Source: Bdellovibrionales bacterium
GTDB lineage: Bacteria; Bdellovibrionota; Bdellovibrionia; Bdellovibrionales; DASUEL01
Direction of reading: 5' to 3'
NCBI GenBank assembly: GCA_050250255.1
Contig: JBFWOZ010000015.1
Location: 1-60,236 of the forward strand
Length of the DNA: 60,236 nucleotides
Shown here in pieces: positions 51,575-60,236 of this stretch; position 1 is the stretch's first letter, and every line of letters starts with the position of its first letter. The notes under the pieces are model-generated. The model was not told where the DNA came from. It searched no databases and worked only from the letters and a program-made list of their open reading frames with translations. A program made the position numbers and the translations under genes.

Positions 51575-52210
51575 CTACTCTTTCTGTAATCGAAAGGTCC
51601 TTGTTTGAAAACTTGATCGGCCCTCACCCACATAACGTTCGAGAACAACAACTTCTCCTTCACGAATTTCCGCAATATAACCACGCTGACGGCCAATCTT
51701 ATCAAGCTTACTAATAATATAACCTTTTCCTTGCGGATCGAGAAACATCGCTTTTGGTTTTTTTACGTCCCAGATGATTCCCACCAACGTCAATTGGTCT
51801 AGGTCAAATCTTTGAAGAGGAGACACTTGCTCCTCCTCCTCTTCTACACTGATAGGACGAGGCGCTGTGTAGGGCAAAAAGGGATCTCTTCGTCCAGAAA
51901 CTTCGTAATTAAAATCTTCGATAATGGAATCCAACATCGCTTTACCTGTTGGAAGAACTGGACTCGCCGATGGTTGAGCTGAAGGCATCGCCAGAGCCGG
52001 ATCGCTCGGAGTCGGAAGAAGTTCGGCCTCATTCACAGGCGACGGTGCGACTGTTGGTGCATTCGGTAAAGAAGGAGGAGCCGTCGGTGCCGCAGGTAAG
52101 GTTGTTGGCTGCTGCTGTGCCTTTGAAGGAGAAAGAAAAACCATAGTAACAAACAAAGCAGCGCCCAAGCTTGTTAAGCCAAAGAAAAAATACAAAGCAA
52201 ATGTCTTCAC
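51575..52210 (-). CDS. pilP: type IV pilus assembly protein PilP
   Basis: RRDPF, PLQRFDLDQLTLVGI, position in operon; GTG start at 52210 next to the pilO stop. Confidence 0.9.
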   Translation of the reverse strand: MKTFALYFFFGLTSLGAALFVTMVFLSPSKAQQQPTTLPAAPTAPPSLPNAPTVAPSPVNEAELLPTPSDPALAMPSAQPSASPVLPTGKAMLDSIIEDFNYEVSGRRDPFLPYTAPRPISVEEEEEQVSPLQRFDLDQLTLVGIIWDVKKPKAMFLDPQGKGYIISKLDKIGRQRGYIAEIREGEVVVLERYVGEGRSSFQTRTFRLQKE

Positions 52211-52211
52211 A

Positions 52212-52817
52212 TCACTTTTTAACTGGTGATGGAATGGGCGGTGGCGTTGCATTAGCGACCTTTTTATAGCGATAAGAGACAAGTGTGCCTTTCATAGTAA
52301 GGCGAGGTACACTATCCACTATCTGTTTAAATTCGATCTCAATATTTTTAATGTTCACGATACGATTTTGTTTCGACATGTAAGCCAAGAACGTTGTCAG
52401 GAGAGAAAAGGGGCCCTCGAGCTCCACATCCATGGCTAATTCTTCATAGAACTCTCTCGTCTCGGAAGGTTTTGGCTTAACCGCTACGAGAGTGACACCC
52501 GCGGCACGGGATTCATCAGAAATTTGTTTGAGTAAATCTTGAGTATTAAAAGACTCGGGCAAATACTCTAAAGCCGCTTGGAATTGGTCTGAAACCATCT
52601 GGAATTCTGCTTGAAACCTTCCGTAATCTTGTAAAACAGCGTTTGTTCCGTCTAAAGACTCCTGAGATTTTTTAAGCTCCGCGATCATGTTGTTGTAAGT
52701 CACTTCAAGATTGCCACCGTTATCAAACATAAAATAATAAAAGGCGCTGGCTAACACTATGCCACTCATTATGAACAAACTTCGATTTGCCATTTTAATG
52801 CGTGTAAGAAACGACAT
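52212..52817 (-). CDS. pilO: type IV pilus assembly protein PilO
   Basis: N-terminal TM, LP…LLKQIS, FYEEL, RIVNI, YRY; operon position. Confidence 0.9.
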   Translation of the reverse strand: MSFLTRIKMANRSLFIMSGIVLASAFYYFMFDNGGNLEVTYNNMIAELKKSQESLDGTNAVLQDYGRFQAEFQMVSDQFQAALEYLPESFNTQDLLKQISDESRAAGVTLVAVKPKPSETREFYEELAMDVELEGPFSLLTTFLAYMSKQNRIVNIKNIEIEFKQIVDSVPRLTMKGTLVSYRYKKVANATPPPIPSPVKK

Positions 52818-53437
52818 TATAAGTTCTCCATCGAAGCTGAGACATTAAAAGATTTTACTACTCCATCAGCACTGCGTGATTGCTCTGATGATATGAGTAC
52901 CACCTGCATAAAATAAATATTTTCTTCCAACCCTTGCATAAGTGCCGAAATATCTGTGTCTTCAATGGCTTTTCCCTGAAGATCAATTTTCTTATCGTTG
53001 AGAACTAACCGCGTAAGCCACGCTTTCGTCGGCATAATATTTTGAATGGCATCCAATGCTTTTACATTTCTTAACCGAGCCTTAGAAAGTTCCTTAATTG
53101 TAGACACACGTTGTTCAAGCTGAGTCTTGTCCGCTTTAAATCTCTCAACCTTGTCTACTTCCACTTTTTTGGATTTAAGCTCTGCGGACACACGCTCCAA
53201 ATTCCTTCGAACATCTTCGACTTGGTTTTGTTTTTTCCCAACTTCGGTTTCTTGATATCCGTAAAGAAACATCACTGGCAAAAAGAGGAACATAAACTTT
53301 AAAAGCACATCCCCCATTCCACCTTCCGTGTCGGTGGGACTGATGAGCGTAGTACCTAAATTACTAATCGCCGACTTTGCACTTTCCGCAGCGCCAACAC
53401 TTGTTCCACCACCGCCGAGGAGATTAATACGAATCAT
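52817..53437 (-). CDS. pilN: type IV pilus assembly protein PilN
   Basis: MIRINLL N-terminal motif, TM, coiled coil, AWLT. Confidence 0.92.
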   Translation of the reverse strand: MIRINLLGGGGTSVGAAESAKSAISNLGTTLISPTDTEGGMGDVLLKFMFLFLPVMFLYGYQETEVGKKQNQVEDVRRNLERVSAELKSKKVEVDKVERFKADKTQLEQRVSTIKELSKARLRNVKALDAIQNIMPTKAWLTRLVLNDKKIDLQGKAIEDTDISALMQGLEENIYFMQVVLISSEQSRSADGVVKSFNVSASMENL

Positions 53438-54495
53438 TTATCCCCCGGCTTTCTCATGGCGAGCCCCATGCTCGTTGGTATGATCGCGGCAATCTGAGAT
53501 ATAAACTCAGGGGAGAACTTTTTCGTGTCATACTTCATGTTTACAAATGGATTCATAAATTCCACAGGCAACTGCAAGGATTGAGAGAGCGCTTCCATGA
53601 GTCCTGGCGTTGCGCCCGCACCACCACAAAGGAAGATTTTTTTTATTGGTGTGTCGGTACCAGTCGCAGAATAAAAATCTAAAGTTCGACGGATTTCTTC
53701 ACACACAGATTCGTGCGTGGCCTGCAGAACGTTCTGCACCTCTTGAGGGGTTTCCTGACCACTTGCTGCTGAAAGTTTTAAATTTTCGGCTTCTTCGAAA
53801 GTGATACTCATGTAGCGGCTGATTTCAAGTGTGTAGTTCATCCCGCCCACAGGCACATCTCGGCAGAACAGAACCTCTCCACTTTCAACGACGACAAAGT
53901 TCGTAAAACCCGCGCCGATATTCAAGATGCAAGCGGTGTAATCGATGTTCTTGCCGTAGTTGTGGAAAAAAGTATTGGCCAAAGCAAAGGCGCTGACGTC
54001 CAAAATTGTGCAGTGTCTCTCTGCACTCTCCACAACTTCTGCAAATTTGAAAATGAAATCTTTTTTTGCTGCCACGAGCAGAATATCCATGATTTCTGGA
54101 TTTGGATTAGGGCGATTGAAAATATGGTAATCCAGATTGATTTCATTGATATCAAAAGGAATGTACTGCTCGGCTTCCCAGCGAATTTGTTCTTCAATGA
54201 GTTTCGCTTCCATTTTTGGCAAAGAGATTTTTTTAATAATAACGGCAGTACCCCAAATACCTGTCACAACATTTTTTCTTTTGGATTGAATTTCATCAAG
54301 CACGGCACGCACCGATTGTGTGAGAGAAACCGTATCTAGAATCTCGCCACCCGCAATGGCGTTAGGCGGAGTGGGCACAATACTAAATGCGGTCAAAGTG
54401 GTTCCGCTACGAGCTACATTGAGCTCGGCCACTTTGATCGTACTGGTGCCGATATCGAGGCCCAATATTTTTTTTGCCGAAAAAAACGAGAACAT
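53434..54495 (-). CDS. pilM: type IV pilus assembly ATPase-like protein PilM
   Basis: LGLDIGTSTIK, EAEQYIPF, LLVAAKK, LCGGAG, NPF, GLAMR. Confidence 0.95.
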   Translation of the reverse strand: MFSFFSAKKILGLDIGTSTIKVAELNVARSGTTLTAFSIVPTPPNAIAGGEILDTVSLTQSVRAVLDEIQSKRKNVVTGIWGTAVIIKKISLPKMEAKLIEEQIRWEAEQYIPFDINEINLDYHIFNRPNPNPEIMDILLVAAKKDFIFKFAEVVESAERHCTILDVSAFALANTFFHNYGKNIDYTACILNIGAGFTNFVVVESGEVLFCRDVPVGGMNYTLEISRYMSITFEEAENLKLSAASGQETPQEVQNVLQATHESVCEEIRRTLDFYSATGTDTPIKKIFLCGGAGATPGLMEALSQSLQLPVEFMNPFVNMKYDTKKFSPEFISQIAAIIPTSMGLAMRKPGDK

Positions 54496-54669
54496 AAATT
54501 GTTACCCTCAGTGCTTCTTTGCACATCAACACGTAACTAGCGAATTATATTAAATTAAATCGCCGCTAGGCAAAAATGTCCACTCTATTCACTTTGTCCA
54601 GACTGGACCTTTGGAGAGGTTTAGATGTGGCGAATTGATCATACCTCTCGCGGCACCGATGAGAAGAGC

Positions 54670-56676
54670 ATGAAACTCTTAGCTACGATGAGCCTATTTT
54701 TTTATCTCAACAGTCATGCTGATACATTAACTTATCAGAAAGATGCCGGATTTCGAGTTTCTGAGTGGCTGAGTGGCCAAGAGTGTACAGGGCAATTCAA
54801 TACGTCTTGGGAGCCTCCTTCAGCTGTCACATGTTCTACTCAAAAACTTTCTGATCATGCTCAAAAAATAAGCAAAGTGAGCGAGCAAGCCCTAGAAAAC
54901 TACGAACAGGGAATATTTTTAGAGATTCATAAGCAGCAAGTGGATGAATCAAAATGTGCTGAATTGTTCCTGGAACAATTAGACCAAAGCTTGCACGTAC
55001 CTTACAAAAATGCTTTTGAAAAAGCTCTTTATCATATTCAAAATCCCGTAAAACCCAATTCAAAATCTCAAGCGTTTCAAGCGCAGGAGCAAATACTTAC
55101 TAAAGTTCATAAAAGTCTAGCAGTTATTAGAGCACTCCGAACGGAGCAAGAAAAAGTAGAAGCACAGTTGAAAACGACAAAGTTTATGGCCGCTCGTAGT
55201 TTTATAAAAGAACCAGATCAAGCCGAATCCTACCTCGCAACGCTTAAAAGTGCCGAGATTCTCGAGTTTCAAAAAAACATCTGGAGCGGCAACGACCCAT
55301 TGATGAAAGAATTTGCCGAAAAATATTTGTCGAAGAATCTTCCGTTCAAAGATTTTCTGTCTCAAACCACAGATCCTCGCAATCGTTTTTCTTTTCAAGC
55401 GCTCGTAGTTGCTCCAATGCGTGATAAAAATCGTCAAAGGCTAGAAGAGCTCAGCAAAGTTAGAGGGAAAATACCAGAAACTTTAAAGAAAGATTTTGTG
55501 CAATCGGGCGCATCAATAATGTATCTCAACTCCAATTCTAATAAGAATAAAGCTCAAAGTAGCGAAATAGCCTGCTACCTTGAGGGACGCTATGGATCCG
55601 GTCGCGACTTAGTGAAGGTTGTTTACGGAGCCGCTGCAGGAGCTGCCGGAATGGGTTCGATGATTGCCTTTTCAACGGGCCTACCGGTGGTAGGCGTCGC
55701 GCTCACTTTGGGATCTGCCTACCTAGGATCGCAGATAACAGAATCATGTGGTGAACGTATATACGTATCCTCTGGCCTAACTCAACCCATCTGCGAGCAG
55801 TTAAAAAGTAAGTTCGACTCACAAAACTTTGCTCAAGTGGTGAGTAAAACTTTGGATGGCCATTCGAGCTGCCTAGAAGCCACTCTTGAAGTCGCTGCCG
55901 CCCTTCCACCTCTCAAGCTTGGCAGTGTAAAAGGAGCGACTCAATTGGGTCACACCGTTCGAGAGGTAGCCAAAACAGTAAATGAAGCCGAGAAGACGCA
56001 ATCTAAAATATTAAAAATCACCGAAGTCAGGCACCTGATGGATTCCGCTCGAAATCAATGGGAGAAAACATTATTCAGTACCGCTTACCGCACGGCCTCT
56101 TCGCAAAAAAATCCTGTAATTCAACTTGTAGGAAATAACCTTGAAGAATTAAATCGTATTCGCGCAAAAGAATTTTATCGTGATGTAAAGGAAGTTCTCT
56201 TACTTGCAGAAGATGCAGGTACAGACGTCGGTGGATATCGACTCGCAAAAGAAATGCCCAACATCAAAATAACCGCAACGGATATTAAATATTCCGATGA
56301 AGTTTTTCCTGAAGCAAAGAATTTTGTGAAAATGAAAATGGACAATTCTAAGCCATTTCCTTTTCCAAGTAATCATTTTGATAAAGTGATTATGCATTCG
56401 GGAACTTGCTGGTGCGGAGCCGGGTCCGCTTCGTGTGGAGGTATTGGCAAAACACCCGAGTGTATCCAATCTTTTTTTAGAGAAGCGGCGCGAGTCCTCA
56501 ACAAAGGAAATCCTCACGCTGAAGTCACTCTGATAGGCGAGCACGGACGTGCCAATTCCGATTTCTTAAAAGCGGCAGCCCAAGCCTTTGCTGATGAAGG
56601 ACAGGTTCAAGTCACAATTGTAGAGGACGGATTCGGCCTCGTTCAAAGTCTACGCTTCACTCCGCGCGCACATTAA
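54670..56676 (+). CDS. secreted multidomain protein with C-terminal class I SAM-methyltransferase-like domain
   Basis: Signal peptide (SHA-D) from ATG 54670; Gly/Ala hydrophobic segment; ITATDI, FPFPSNHFDKVI, FFREAARVL motifs. Confidence 0.75.
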   Translation: MKLLATMSLFFYLNSHADTLTYQKDAGFRVSEWLSGQECTGQFNTSWEPPSAVTCSTQKLSDHAQKISKVSEQALENYEQGIFLEIHKQQVDESKCAELFLEQLDQSLHVPYKNAFEKALYHIQNPVKPNSKSQAFQAQEQILTKVHKSLAVIRALRTEQEKVEAQLKTTKFMAARSFIKEPDQAESYLATLKSAEILEFQKNIWSGNDPLMKEFAEKYLSKNLPFKDFLSQTTDPRNRFSFQALVVAPMRDKNRQRLEELSKVRGKIPETLKKDFVQSGASIMYLNSNSNKNKAQSSEIACYLEGRYGSGRDLVKVVYGAAAGAAGMGSMIAFSTGLPVVGVALTLGSAYLGSQITESCGERIYVSSGLTQPICEQLKSKFDSQNFAQVVSKTLDGHSSCLEATLEVAAALPPLKLGSVKGATQLGHTVREVAKTVNEAEKTQSKILKITEVRHLMDSARNQWEKTLFSTAYRTASSQKNPVIQLVGNNLEELNRIRAKEFYRDVKEVLLLAEDAGTDVGGYRLAKEMPNIKITATDIKYSDEVFPEAKNFVKMKMDNSKPFPFPSNHFDKVIMHSGTCWCGAGSASCGGIGKTPECIQSFFREAARVLNKGNPHAEVTLIGEHGRANSDFLKAAAQAFADEGQVQVTIVEDGFGLVQSLRFTPRAH

Positions 56677-56677
56677 C

Positions 56678-57457
56678 TTACAGGGATGGTAAGAAGAGCG
56701 AGATGTACCAGTTGGCCAGCTGGTCGCCACCAAAGATGTAAATGTAGGCACCCAAAACAATGAAAGGCCCAAAAGGAAGTGAGCTTTTCATATTTCCACC
56801 ACGAGCAATCAAGATCAAACCGGCCACAGTACCTACTAGACTTGAAGACAAAATAATAAATGGAATAGCTTTCCACCCCAAGTAAGCACCAAGCCATGCT
56901 AGCAGCTTGATATCTCCACCACCCATGCCATCCTCTTTACGAATCACAAAATAAATATAGGCGATGAGCCAGAGAAAACCTCCGCCCATTAGGAAGCCAA
57001 GAAAAGCGTCCATGAATTCCCGTTCAGGATTTAAAGCGGCACCTAAAAGCCCCAAGACAATTCCCGACAAACTAAAAACATCAGGAATAATTCGGTGATC
57101 TAAATCAATGAATGAAATCGTCACAAGACCAAATGTCAAAATGCAGTATTCAAGCAATAGCCATGACCAACCTACATGCCAATAAAGCAAAAGAAATAAA
57201 AAACCCATAAGGAATTCAACGAACGGGTAACGTATAGAAAAAGGTGCCCGGCACTGGCGGCACTTTCCTCTGAGAAAAAGCCAAGAGAAAATAGGGATAT
57301 TGTCGTACATCGCAATCATTTTTTTACATGAGTAACAGTGACTTCGTGGCGTCACCACGCTGAGTTCTTGCGGTAGGCGGTAGATAATGACGTTCGCGAA
57401 ACTTCCCAGCAGGCTTCCAAAAATAAAAAGCCCGATGGCTATAAAGTCTAATGGCAT
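56678..57457 (-). CDS. pilD: prepilin peptidase/N-methyltransferase
   Basis: GSFANVIIYRLP, SHCxxC…CxxC, IDLD, GMGGGDIKL, PFGPF; start ATG 57457. Confidence 0.96.
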   Translation of the reverse strand: MPLDFIAIGLFIFGSLLGSFANVIIYRLPQELSVVTPRSHCYSCKKMIAMYDNIPIFSWLFLRGKCRQCRAPFSIRYPFVEFLMGFLFLLLYWHVGWSWLLLEYCILTFGLVTISFIDLDHRIIPDVFSLSGIVLGLLGAALNPEREFMDAFLGFLMGGGFLWLIAYIYFVIRKEDGMGGGDIKLLAWLGAYLGWKAIPFIILSSSLVGTVAGLILIARGGNMKSSLPFGPFIVLGAYIYIFGGDQLANWYISLFLPSL

Positions 57458-57458
57458 G

Positions 57459-58226
57459 TCAGACAAAATCTCTTCTCCGGAATACAATAATACCAACGAT
57501 GAGAAAAAAAGCAGACCAGCTTAAGCCATATACACTCGCCTCCACCAACACTGAAGCGGAGATGTTCTCGGAATAAGTGACGTAAGCACGCCAATTAAAT
57601 CTTTCGAGATTCGGTACGAGATATTGTGCCAATTGACTAAATAATTTAAAACTTTCGGAGCCACTTTTTTGCGCAAAAAAATTGAGATCCCCTACCCAAT
57701 GACCAATCAAAAAAAGTCCCAGTGTGAAGGTGACCGCCATAACAGAACTGGTGAAAATACCAAAAAACAAAGTGATCGAGAGAAGAATCATGCTCTCTAA
57801 AATTGTGCCCCAAAGTACCGCCGGCAAATTCCAAGACAGCGTAAATTCCATCTGGCTAAGAATAAGATATAAAATGAAAAATAAGGCCGTAAGCACCGTA
57901 AGAAGAACAAAGATCATTCCCAGAAACTTACCAAGAATAAACTCTTTTCTGGTCACGGCGTGCGCAAGCAGCGTCATGATTGTTCTTTTATCTAATTCGC
58001 GTGCTACTAGAGTGCTGCCCACAAAAATGGAAAGCAAAACTGCACTCATATGAATTCCCATCAAACCGTAATCAATAGATATTCTCGTTTGCTCTGCATA
58101 ACTCAATTGTCCTAAGGCCATGCTGAGCCCAATTAAAATCACCGCAAACACAACGAGGCCGTACAAAATACGATCTCGAATAATTTCGCGATAAGTGTTT
58201 TTGGCAATGAGCACGATGGCTTTCAT
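57459..58226 (-). CDS. pilI: ABC transporter permease (PilI-like)
   Basis: IAKNTYREIIRDRILY, RELDKRT, FILGKFLG, FRRRDF end; position before pilD. Confidence 0.8.
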   Translation of the reverse strand: MKAIVLIAKNTYREIIRDRILYGLVVFAVILIGLSMALGQLSYAEQTRISIDYGLMGIHMSAVLLSIFVGSTLVARELDKRTIMTLLAHAVTRKEFILGKFLGMIFVLLTVLTALFFILYLILSQMEFTLSWNLPAVLWGTILESMILLSITLFFGIFTSSVMAVTFTLGLFLIGHWVGDLNFFAQKSGSESFKLFSQLAQYLVPNLERFNWRAYVTYSENISASVLVEASVYGLSWSAFFLIVGIIVFRRRDFV

Positions 58227-59104
58227 AAAGAACCATCCTGAGAAATGATCTTCGCAAATGCGGACTCTAAGGACGGTCTTTCGGCTTTCACTTCTTGAAT
58301 GAGACCTTTTTGACTTCTTACACGATCGATCGCCTCTTGAAGCTCTCGATCAGAATGAAACACCTGAGTGACGGGATGATCTTTCTCTACATACGTCAGC
58401 CGAAAACCTGACTGCAGGCTATGCAACAATTTTTGTGTTGAACCGTTATAAGCAAGCTCACCCTGACGAATGATGACCAGATCATCACAAAGAGTTTCCG
58501 CATCGTGCAAAAGATGACTGCTAAAAAAAACCGCCGAGCCCTTTTGTGCGGTCTCGCGAATGATTTGCGCCATTTCCATGCGACCATCGGGATCCATTCC
58601 CGCAACTGGCTCATCGAGAATTACGAGTTGTGGCTCGTGAATCAAAGCCTGAGCTAGACCTACTCGCTGTAACATTCCTTTTGAGTACGTACGAAGTGCG
58701 CGATCACTGGCATGCTCAAGACGCACACGCTTTAAAAGCATGCGAATCTGCTGATCCAGGTCTGCTCGCTTTAATCTTGTGGAAAGTTCTCCGTAAAATC
58801 TTAAGAACTCGTAGCCTGTTAAATATTCGTAAAAATACGGACGTTCAGGTAAAAAACCGATTTTCTCGCAGAGACTAGGAGTCAGTGGTCCTTGTTCGAA
58901 AAAATGAATTTTCCCGGAATCAGGGATGGAGAGATTTAAAAGACACTTTAGGGTTGTGGTTTTACCAGCGCCGTTGCTACCAAGAAAGCCAGTGATTTTT
59001 CCCGCTTCAACTTGAAAGCTTAAGCCCTTCAAAACAGGGTGACGTCTTTTAAAAAAACCTTTGCGATAAGATTTCTTTAAGTCCTCAACTTGGATGACCT
59101 TCAT
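58223..59104 (-). CDS. pilH: ABC transporter ATP-binding protein (PilH-like)
   Basis: GSNGAGKTT, GFLPERPYFYEYL, YSKGMLQR, LDEP, SSH. Confidence 0.8.
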   Translation of the reverse strand: MKVIQVEDLKKSYRKGFFKRRHPVLKGLSFQVEAGKITGFLGSNGAGKTTTLKCLLNLSIPDSGKIHFFEQGPLTPSLCEKIGFLPERPYFYEYLTGYEFLRFYGELSTRLKRADLDQQIRMLLKRVRLEHASDRALRTYSKGMLQRVGLAQALIHEPQLVILDEPVAGMDPDGRMEMAQIIRETAQKGSAVFFSSHLLHDAETLCDDLVIIRQGELAYNGSTQKLLHSLQSGFRLTYVEKDHPVTQVFHSDRELQEAIDRVRSQKGLIQEVKAERPSLESAFAKIISQDGSL

Positions 59105-60000
59105 GGCTCCAACTTTAAGTCCATCTCGCGGACCATTTCCCTCACAGGCTCATATTGTTTTGTTGTTGCAAGCTTCACTTCTTGAACACCAAGAAGTTGT
59201 AGAAGTTTATTTTCGCCAGACATACCAAGGTCAATGAGAGCGAACATCACATCGTGAGTCAGACGAGGATATTTATCGTAAAAATCTTGTCTCACGCAAA
59301 ACGGATCATTAGGAATGGGTTCACTTACCCATAAGATGCGGGCAGTTCCAGGCTTTCCAGAATACTGCGTCCACGCACTACTCAAACCTTTTCGATCATC
59401 TGAAAAAACCGTGGCCGCATCTACTTCACCTTTTACAAGAGCCTTGATCGCCGCTTGATGATTCCCGGCGTAAATGATGGATTTAAAGTAGGACTTGGGG
59501 TCAATTTTCGATTTTTTAAACATGACCTGCGGATAGAGATAGCCACTTGTAGATTTCTCATCAACAAAGGCGATGCGTTTTCCTTTTAAATCCTTAATCG
59601 ACTTAATTTTAGATTTTGGATCTACAATGAGAACGGAGTAATAAAATGGCTCTTTCCAAACCTTTTTTAAAAGAACTTTTGCTTGTGCTTGTTTTTCCGC
59701 AAAGACAAATGTCATTGCTGTATAGAAAGCAAAATCAATTTCCTTTTTCTTCATGTCTTCAATGAGATCAGGATATTTCGGTGGCACTCGTACTTCCACC
59801 GGCACACCAACCCGAGACTCAATGAGTTTAGCGAGCTGTAAAGCCGATTCTCGTTGTTTGTCAGGATTTTCTCCAGGTATAAATCCTATCCGGATTTTTT
59901 TAGGCTGTGTTTCAGCGCGGCCTTGGTCTAGGCCGAAAAAGAACACACTAAGGAGAATGAAAGTAGTTTTTAGAAAAGAAATCTTTAACGAATGTTGCAT
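59101..60000 (-). CDS. PhnD/SsuA-type phosphate/phosphonate substrate-binding protein
   Basis: Signal peptide; IRIGFIP, AFVDEKSTSGYLYP, GNH, IPND motifs; start ATG 60000 after GGGGGG; TGA overlaps the pilH ATG. Confidence 0.88.
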   Translation of the reverse strand: MQHSLKISFLKTTFILLSVFFFGLDQGRAETQPKKIRIGFIPGENPDKQRESALQLAKLIESRVGVPVEVRVPPKYPDLIEDMKKKEIDFAFYTAMTFVFAEKQAQAKVLLKKVWKEPFYYSVLIVDPKSKIKSIKDLKGKRIAFVDEKSTSGYLYPQVMFKKSKIDPKSYFKSIIYAGNHQAAIKALVKGEVDAATVFSDDRKGLSSAWTQYSGKPGTARILWVSEPIPNDPFCVRQDFYDKYPRLTHDVMFALIDLGMSGENKLLQLLGVQEVKLATTKQYEPVREMVREMDLKLEP

Positions 60001-60054
60001 GATATTCCCCCCTTGGGGATCCACTTTCATTCGATCATGATTTCTAAATAACCG

Positions 60055-60236
60055 TCAAGGTCCGGCCAGCTCCCGAGCAGACGATCCTGCACCCAAATCG
60101 AGACTCAATTTATTTTTTTTTAATGGACTAACATGCAGCTCTCCTCGACGAGAACGCTTCAGCGCTAACACAAATGCATAGGCTGCTTCACTTTCGGTGA
60201 GGCAAGGTGTGAAATAATCAATACAACTACGACGAA
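60055..60236 (-). CDS. C-terminal fragment, probably carbamoyl-phosphate synthase large subunit (MGS domain)
   Basis: Open frame RRSCIDYFTPCLTESEAAYAFVLAL… to TGA at 60057-60055; resembles the CarB IRRxAxxxxxPxxT end; truncated by the window. Confidence 0.5.
   Translation of the reverse strand, partial: RRSCIDYFTPCLTESEAAYAFVLALKRSRRGELHVSPLKKNKLSLDLGAGSSARELAGP

Overview
Core-chromosome window from a bacterium that looks like Bdellovibrionota. Evidence: the 16S start AGAGTTTGATTCTGGCTCAGAACAAACGC, a deltaproteobacterial-type pilH-I-D/pilMNOPQ cluster, bacterial topoisomerase VI and many orphan secreted proteins; the taxon is inferred, not searched. It holds one complete minus-strand rRNA operon (16S-tRNA-Ile-23S-5S), a stand-alone tRNA-Ala(TGC) and about 55 CDS. 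These include housekeeping genes (ettA, proBA, serA, ilvE, queD, rarA, ogt, srkA, bolA-grxD, a 2-oxoacid:ferredoxin oxidoreductase), top6B-top6A, type IV pilus genes, secreted hydrolases (subtilase, PLD, GDPD) and a TIGR03545/TIGR03546-like pair. I saw no CRISPR array, transposase or prophage. Most notable: (1) two divergent copies of an ~80-bp palindrome (57-136, 19213-19291) whose 7 arm differences are all compensated; (2) a secreted protein with toxin-like architecture and a C-terminal methyltransferase-like domain, lying antisense between pilD and pilM; (3) a putative sigma54-driven operon of two secreted orphans, one with amidoligase-like motifs; (4) a recurring intergenic GTCTC-N5-GAGAC-type palindrome at enhancer distance from sigma54 sites; (5) a MITE-like element in the 23S-5S spacer. 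All family calls come from motif recognition by eye.
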